A stretch of 48,668 nucleotides of DNA, the filler included, from Bipalium vagum (lineage: Eukaryota), in NCBI GenBank assembly GCA_037834085.1. It is 2 parts of 2 records of this genome, joined end to end, with 100 filler letters (N's around TTAATTAATTAA, not from the genome) between each part and the next. Parts side by side here need not be neighbours in the genome. Positions count along the whole stretch, not along the records: positions 29,044 to 48,668 come from JBBMKC010271061.1; 1 more part is not named here. The stretch is one strand, 5' to 3'. Of the stretch, positions 41,450 through 48,668 are shown piece after piece (the first letter of the stretch is position 1; each line of letters opens with the position of its first letter). The notes under the pieces are model-generated. The model worked only from the letters and a program-made list of their open reading frames with translations, was not told where the DNA came from and did no database searches. Both the position numbers and the translations under genes were made by a program.

Positions 41450-44400
41450 GATAAGTTATCTCTTGTCGGAAGAATTAGCTGTAGGAGAAGAGATTGGTTT
41501 GGATTTCTTAGTTTCAAAGCTTGCTTTGTTCTCATTGTACTTTAAACTAAAGCTTTAGTTCACATCGACCTCTTTTGATTTCTTGGTGGTTCATGTGAGA
41601 TGTTTGACTTAGCACCAATGTCATCCGGTTTTGATATAAAATTATTGCTCTGCGAAGGAACAATTGAATGATGTTTTGGGGATATCTAAAAGAGTTTATC
41701 ATGACAGATTCTTTAAGAGGCATTTTTTCTGATTCTCAAGACCTTTCGTTACTATAAGGCAGCGTTGGTGGAGATTTGCTGCCACAAGAAATGTCCGGTT
41801 TGACAGCTGTTGAATATTTATTTTGAGGATCTTTTGAATAATTATTACTTTCACAATCCAATTCTGATTTCTTGTTAATGTCCCCTTTGCACTTTTCGAA
41901 TTTATTGGATCTATTGTACTACGAAGTTCGCATTTTCTAGTCTAATTCTATGTCTTTGCAGAGTCTTTTGATAAGCTAGACTTAACCGAAGTAGACAGCT
42001 TCTCGTGATTCAATTTTACTAATAATGCTATTTCTTAATTCTTGGTTATTGTGAGGCAAAATTGATCGAGGTAGTAATCCAGAAGGAAGAGAAGGTATGT
42101 CACTAGAAATTTATAAAGGTTTTGAAGTATTTTTATAGCCTTTTTCTTGGTCCAGAGCTGTTGCATTTTCTAGATAGTTGTTCGAACTTATCATTTTATA
42201 TAATCCCTTTATATTTGCAGTTATAGAAGGAAACATATTAGTTGAGTTCCGTACTTTGGAAGATTCACTACTTTTATCAAAGCCCCTTTCTTGAAGTTCT
42301 TTGAGACTTGATGAAAGATCTTGCACGTCTTTACTTGACGAGGTTTGTTCCTTTTTCTTTATATTAGATATTGGTTTTCACAGAGTTCGAAAGGGTTGAA
42401 AATTTACTATAATGATTTACCGTTATTATCGTTTGACTTTATAGCTTTGTCCAAAGCCATTTCATTGAATGATTTAATTTGACAAAAGCCCTGCTCTTTC
42501 ATAAAGGTAGAATTGATTCAGTCATCATTCTCCTTTTTACCAGATTTGTTATCTTGGAACTGTTTGATGGTTTTATTATGTCAAATTTGTCATTTGGGTC
42601 TGAAACTGCCAAATTTTCTGAAATCCTTAAAGGTAGCGAGATACTTCCTAGATGTACTATTCTGTTTGTCTTTCGGATTTTTTATTGAATGCTAGATGAA
42701 TAGTAAATGATGAAGAGAAGTATTATATAAAAGAATTGTATAATTACATGCGGAAATGTTATATAGGAGGTTTATAGTTGTTCCTTAAAAAATTCACAGG
42801 GAAAATTAGAAATACTTGTATTATCGAATGAGTTTTAAAATTCCTTTATGAAAATACAAAGATATTATGAAAAGATGAGGTCAATAAAAACTTTCGGTAA
42901 TATTATTTCTCTAATTCTTCCTTGTAATTAGCCGGACCAGTAAGACTATAAATGAAATAAAAGAGGAACTAAAAGCAAAAAATAAGAATGGATAATTCTT
43001 TTAATTCAAATTAAAAGATCAATATTTACTGGTTTAAGAGCGACAGGAGTAGCTGGGTGTGTTGCAGTTGTAAGGCTTTTGTTTCTCTCGTCATTCTAAT
43101 CGCTTACAGGGTAACTTACGACTATTTTGGCTCAACAACTCTCTCTGAGGAAGTGTTATTAATAGAACGATCACGAAATCAAGAATTTAAATTTTTTAAA
43201 AAAGGTATATTTGTTACCATAATAGAACCTAATCTATAATTACAGTCTTATATGAAACAATTATTTGGTCTTTTTATTAATCAAATATCTTGTTGGTCTT
43301 TAGATAACTGAAGAAGCCCTGTTGTTAGAAAAATGCATATTCTATCGCCTAGAACGAAGAAGAATCGTTTTGCTAAAAATAATAAAAAATAAAAAGAGAA
43401 TTGTAAAACTTTCTGCTTGTCGAAAGTATGCATCATATCTTTAAAGTTCAAAATTCAGATTAGTTTTTTATGTAACATTTTTTCTAAGAGGTCATTTACC
43501 ATAAATATTTAGTGATTCGACCTATTCCTGGAAAACTATAAGACATATGAAACACATGTTTTACAAGTCCCTTTTCAAAAACCCGCCATGGGTACCATTT
43601 TGAAATTACCATAGAATTTCATTTGCAAATCATTGTACTTAATGACATGAAGTGCTTTTTTAACAGTAGATTACGACAATAAATGATAGACAAGACGGTT
43701 ATTGTTATCAAAATCAGAATGAAATTTATTTAAAAGGCCATTTATATCCTTACAAAATACTATTTAGTCGTTTACTTCGTAATATATGGAATCTTTTTAA
43801 TCTTTCTCCTGTTACGAAAATATCTTGTATCAGATTTGAAACGATCTAAGCATTTTGTCTAATTTTTGAGTCTGCTTTTAGTAAATTAAAACTTTTTACC
43901 AGCATATCCATTTTACTCCTTTATTTCTTATTTTCATTGTAATCCATAGTATAACTAACATCAAAACTATCAGATCTACTACTGAGAGCCTTACTATTTT
44001 TGGTAGAAAGAAGCTTTCTGATTTAGATACTGGTTTACTGACTGCCGCGACATTAGTATATTTCACTAATTTTCGAGTTTTCTTATGACCTCCCTTTACT
44101 TTAGTAAGACAGAATTAACAGTGGTCATGGCCCTCAGGCTCACATAAAAACCATTGGAAACAGGAATGATAGTTTCGTTTTTTAACAATATACTATAGCA
44201 TAGTTCGAGTACAACGTGTCGAGTCCATACTTATTTTTACCTTGTACAGGAAATTCAAGTCTTTAATGAAATGCTCTCTTTATCGGACCCGATGAAGATC
44301 TGGGATAATTTTAGGTGTATATAAGCCACATATATAAACAAATGTTTGTATTTTTATGCAAGATCTTGTTGAACTACTTGACTTTTCCATTGTTTAAAAC

Positions 44401-44500
44401 CACCGTTTGGAAATTATTATTTAAGCAATGTAGTAGGCACTTATTAATGTGCGTTGGTCATCCCTTTAACCCTTCAAATTATAAGATCAGTAAAAGGTCT
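41450..44500 (-). pseudogene. Decayed intron-containing gene (Cys/His cluster plus long Ser/Lys/Asn-rich exon)
   Basis: Minus-strand GT-AG introns of host-typical size: 44240-44193 (48 nt, joins LNFLYK|YIVKKRNYHSCFQWFLCEPEGHDHC*FC in frame) and 42747-42692 (56 nt). The stretch 41450-42690 reads as long coding-like frames broken by scattered stops and frameshifts. Confidence 0.45.
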
Positions 44501-44541
44501 GGAATAATATAATAATAATTTCAAAAATAATAACTAAACTA

Positions 44542-44893
44542 TTAGGTTGTTTAGAAATGAATGTCGGTTTTATAAATCTATTTTATTTAACGTTAGTTTA
44601 CCATAATTTTGTGTTGTTTTAATATATTTTATATATCATTTTAAAGCGTGAAATTTAAATTATATTTTGTAAGCATTTCGTAATTATTTAATTTTAAATA
44701 ACGTTTTTATTAATGTTTTAAGGTAACATGGAAAATAATCAATTACATACAATTTACTTATATGAATTTAAGCTGAGTCACAGAGCAGCAGAAGCAAGTT
44801 GGAAAATTAACCTAGCATTTGGCGAAGGAATGACTACCGAACGCACCTTACAACGTTGGTTCAAAAGATTTAGTTCATTTCTAAACAACCTAA
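44542..44893 (+). mobile_element. Internally deleted mariner (MITE-like), 352 bp, perfect 20-bp TIRs and TA duplications
   Basis: TA|TTAGGTTGTTTAGAAATGAA ... TTCATTTCTAAACAACCTAA|TA. Contains ORF 44728-44898, MENNQLHTIYLYEFKLSHRAAEASWKINLAFGEGMTTERTLQRWFKRFSSFLNNLI* (mariner first HTH). Confidence 0.9.
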
Positions 44894-45149
44894 TATAATA
44901 ATATAATTAAAATCAAAAGTATAAAGATGGTAATAATTATAATATAAAATATTTTTTATGGTTTTTATATATTTTTTTATATCTTTGATGATATAATATT
45001 GATAATTTCGAATGTAAAACTGCCAAAATTAGATCAGGATCCGCAATTACAGACCAATTTAACAAAAAAATTTAACAAATTTTGCAAGTGTTTCTAAAAT
45101 TATTTCGATGACTATATCTCTGTTACTCCATAAATTTCTTACGACAAAG

Positions 45150-45620
45150 AATATTTTCTACTACTGTTTCAGCCTATAGAAGTGGGTGAACTTACCAATG
45201 AGATATATTTGAGGAATCATTTGAGTAAGTAGACATTATAGGCTTGATGGTATATCAACGGAATTAATAATATTAATCATAATGAATAATAGTCATGGGT
45301 TTTTTTGAAAAAATCTAATCAAAATCATCAGATAACAAAAAAGACAATTTCTACCTCTTAACTTTCATGAATAAGGAAGAATAAAACTTATTTGCCTTGC
45401 GATATTCACTTTCTTAAATCTTTCTCAGTGATGTTATCCAACAATTGGATAGAGAAATTGAGGGTTCTCTTTAACTTATAAACAAATATCACTCAACATG
45501 AGATTTAATAGCTATTGGTAATTAATTAATTGATTAAAAGTAACTCCAAAACACAGCTGCACTCATTAATTTGGATAAAACCAATTGTCCAGCAAGCGTT
45601 GCATCGATAATTGATGCACC
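45150..45620 (+). mobile_element. Possible LINE RT relic
   Basis: FQPIEVGELTNEI, LDGISTELI and AALINLDK resemble non-LTR pre-RT/RT motifs. Very decayed. Confidence 0.4.
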
Positions 45621-46413
45621 TTTATCGGTCATAAAATAAGTAATAAAATTTAATAGAACAGGACATTTGAGATTTACTGAAGTACATATTTATGCTTCAT
45701 ATATTGATTAAGTAAGAACATTGACATCGTAATGGAAATATTATACCAACATTGACTACATACTACCAGTTAAATTTTCTTATAAGGTTTACTGGTAGGT
45801 GATATTCGGTAACTAAAAAAGGATTGAATGTAAATATAATGATGTTAAGTAATGTATAAAGTAACTAGTGTTGGGAGTTATTGGAAAAATTACCTAACAC
45901 TCGGGAATAGTAGTCAAGCCATTTTGCCTAATTATACAGGGTTGGTGACCTGAAGAAAATTGAATATAATTCCAATTTCCATGACTGAGGTTATCATAAT
46001 TATGGATATTAGCTTCTAGGATTGCTGAAGAGTAGAATTAGAAGCTCCCAAAACTGAAAAGATTACACGAAGAGACTTGATTTTTCAACAGTTTGAATAC
46101 GATTATACGGTGTGCTTATGATTATTCTCGTGCCCCTGTGGTGTTAGGTAACTAACGGGTAACTGTAGGACTTTGGTAGCTTACCCTAAAGCCGTAGTCG
46201 AAGTCGATTCAATGTTATTGTCATTTTTATAAATAACAAAATCTTTGAGTAACTTTTCAGTAACTTGATTACTTCACTTTATTTTATATTTGTTCTTGGG
46301 TTTTGAAAGTGTGACTTCTTCATATCATCGAGGTATTCAGATGTTTTGTGTTGTACTTGAGACATTGTATTGCAATTAAATAAGTTTTAAATGTGCATTT
46401 AAATAATATATGG

Positions 46414-46448
46414 AGCATGGACTGCTCTGATCGCTGAGCTACATCCTC
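46414..46448 (-). pseudogene. 5' half of a tRNA-Ala-like copy
   Basis: Reverse complement GAGGATGTAGCTCAGCGATCAGAGCAGTCCATG, preceded by the same ATATTGAAAGTTACTC flank as the adjacent copy. Confidence 0.65.
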
Positions 46449-46531
46449 AGAGTAACTTTCAATATATTACTTTTCCTTTTTCACTTTCGAGACCTCGTCC
46501 GCTGGTTGGGTATCCTGGAGATTAAATTAAT

Positions 46532-46603
46532 CGGAGATACCGGGATTCGAACCAAGGACCTTCACGTGCACATGGAATGCTCTGACTTCTGAGCTACATC
46601 CCC
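46532..46603 (-). pseudogene. tRNA-Ala(TGC)-like pseudogene or repeat
   Basis: Reverse complement GGGGATGTAGCTCAGAAGTCAGAGCATTCCATGTGCACGTGAAGGTCCTTGGTTCGAATCCCGGTATCTCC. Full length, with mismatches in the D loop, anticodon stem and T stem. Confidence 0.8.
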
Positions 46604-46699
46604 GAGTAAATTTCAATATATCTCACAAGGTGTTACTTATTTTAATATGGTTACTTGTAATTAGCGAACAAAGCTATAAAATATTGTATATCTATAGGA

Positions 46700-47340
46700 T
46701 ATCTATGGTTGATATAAATATGAAAACTAGGTAACGAAGATAGTTTTCTTATGTTATTTACTTGATGTCTGCGATTGTCATGGAGCAGTATGACATGACT
46801 AAGACTTGATAAAAGTTTTTATGAATAAATTCAAATGCTTTCCTTTTGGATCTGCAACGTATTTGTTAAGTATTATTGGCTCAGTTAACGTTTAAAAGTT
46901 CATTAGTCCTGTAGATCATGAGGACTAATGATATATCCAACTTTTTAACCTTTACGATTGATTTCAAATGATCTCAAGCAGATTGAAAAGGATTTTCTAT
47001 TTTGTTCAACCACATTTTGCAAAAAATGCGGTATGATCACTACGTAGAAATTGTTGAGTTAAAACAAAACCCCTACCAAAAATAAACTAGAACAAATTTT
47101 TGAATAAAAATAAATTTTTAATTTTAAAATTAATCGATACGCATTTTTTGCTTTTCTGATCACAAATAAAGATTTATGTTAAAAAGTTCTTTATTTGTTA
47201 AATTTTTATAAATTAAAAAATCTTGTTCAAAGAAATATTTTAATGGAAAACATTTCGTTGAAGCACTTTTTAGAAAACCGTATATTAATAACCATAACGT
47301 TAAAAGCACCGATATTTGTGTAGAAGGGTCGATTAAAATG
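46700..47340 (-). mobile_element. Possible mariner relic interrupting repeat copy B
   Basis: Minus-strand VILLHDNRRHQ at about 46760-46795 (cf. VILLHDNARPH). The boundaries are uncertain. Confidence 0.35.
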
Positions 47341-47426
47341 TTCGGGTTCTATCTTTTCAAAAATATTAAAGAATTAAATTAATAGGCCCATAAAACATAA
47401 TACTAGTGAAGATTTATATTTAATAT

Positions 47427-47748
47427 TTTTGTGGCAGTTCTTTGAGGACTCCAGTACCTTTTATACTGATCAGATGACTACTCAGTAGTAGATCAGTATT
47501 CTTAAAAGGGAATATCATTCCATTTTAGGCACTTAATCATAAATCGGTTCTTAATTGCGGACCCTGATCGACATTCTCCATTTTCAAGATCAGATCATTT
47601 AATGATAAAAATATAATAATAATATTATTATTATTCTATTTCTGATCCTTTTGCGGTAATTATAGTTAATTTATTATTATATTATCCTACACTCTTTATT
47701 GATCTTATAATTCAAATGATTCAAGGGATGTGCCCTTGGCTAATCCAA
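47427..47748 (-). repeat. Unclassified dispersed repeat, copy B
   Basis: Reverse complement is collinear with 5573-5880 (TTGGATTAGCCAAGGGCACATCCCT, CAAAAGGATCAGAA, GATCTGATCTTGAAAATG, CACAAAA). Confidence 0.65.
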
Positions 47749-48595
47749 CAAAGAACGTAAATTTGAGTATAATATTTAGTATTTGTTATTGGATTCTAAT
47801 AATTTGTTTGATGGTTAGACATATTTAATATTTGATTGATTGACACACACTAACTCCTTTGCCTGTCGACATCGACTTGAATTGATGATGAAATCAATTA
47901 TTGACTATATATCTACGTGTTGATCCCACATTTGATTTTGAAAAATTTCGTTATAATTGTAATAATCGAAATATGCTTTGTGTTATTTTGGGTTGATTCA
48001 TTACAACAACTACAATGAAGAATGGGTCTAAGTCCGAAAATGAGCGTTAAATCTTAATCAAAGTTTGTAAAAATTTCTACAATGGAGTTCTAAGAACTCA
48101 AATTAGGTAGAACAATAAATAAAACATTTAATAATAAATTAAGAATTAATAAAAATTAAATAATTTTATATTTTGGAAAAATTTAGAGAATCGAAGAAAC
48201 CTTTAAATGGTGGAAAAGCCAATAAATCAAAAACCACACAAAAGTGAAGCTTTTTCTGTGAACATAGTTTAGACTATTTCTAAGCAGATATATCAAAGGT
48301 AAAACTGTTTTATGATACTCTGGACCCTATCCATAAGTTAATGTCTGTTACTGGTAAAATTTGTATCTTTAAAAATCCAGAAATTGGAACTGATTTGCTT
48401 AAGTGCAAAACTAAAGTAGTAATGATAGTGAGAATTATATACCTCAACCTACTTAAGCACAATCAAGTCGTGATTGACAATGTATCTCGTCGCATTACCT
48501 TCTGTTATATTTGTATCTTGCAATCAAATGTAACTTATGAATTCATCTTATGAAATACTGATTGATGATTGAATATTAGCTGAAATATTATACTC

Positions 48596-48668
<73 letters not shown>
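48596..48668. repeat. (TTA)n microsatellite to the window end
   Basis: Perfect TTA run of about 24 units. Confidence 0.95.

Noticed and set aside
46484-46502. Minimal hammerhead-like CGGACGA-G-GTCT-C-GAAA in the tRNA spacer (minus strand)
   Set aside because: The core deviates from CUGANGA and no stem III or stem I partner follows.
48341-48553. 70-aa ORF near the window end
   Set aside because: No recognisable domain or exon structure, so it cannot be supported.

Overview
Very AT-rich eukaryotic genomic DNA, most likely an invertebrate animal (lineage not determinable by eye), with GT-AG introns and two assembly gaps. Two spliced protein-coding genes can be reconstructed on the + strand. 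One is a compact 8-exon band-4.1-type FERM-domain gene (2326-4201, 418 aa). The other is an NRAMP/SLC11 (DMT1/Malvolio-like) divalent-metal transporter with 12 firm exons and one tentative last exon (10144-27783/28774), whose introns contain Tc1/mariner/pogo relics. The rest is mostly decayed mobile DNA: a gag relic with four CCHC knuckles, a 5'-truncated RLE-type (R2/NeSL-like) non-LTR element apparently nested in it, Tigger/pogo, mariner and LINE relics, a TIR-bounded 352-bp mariner derivative that keeps an HTH-only ORF, and a ~1.4-kb foldback. The best candidate for something undescribed is an unclassified dispersed repeat family (about 5570-7270 on +, 46414-47750 on -, with pieces at 44989-46203) that appears to carry a tRNA-Ala(TGC)-like gene together with its upstream flank. 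All alignments and translations were done by eye, with no database search, so family assignments of the relics need confirmation.
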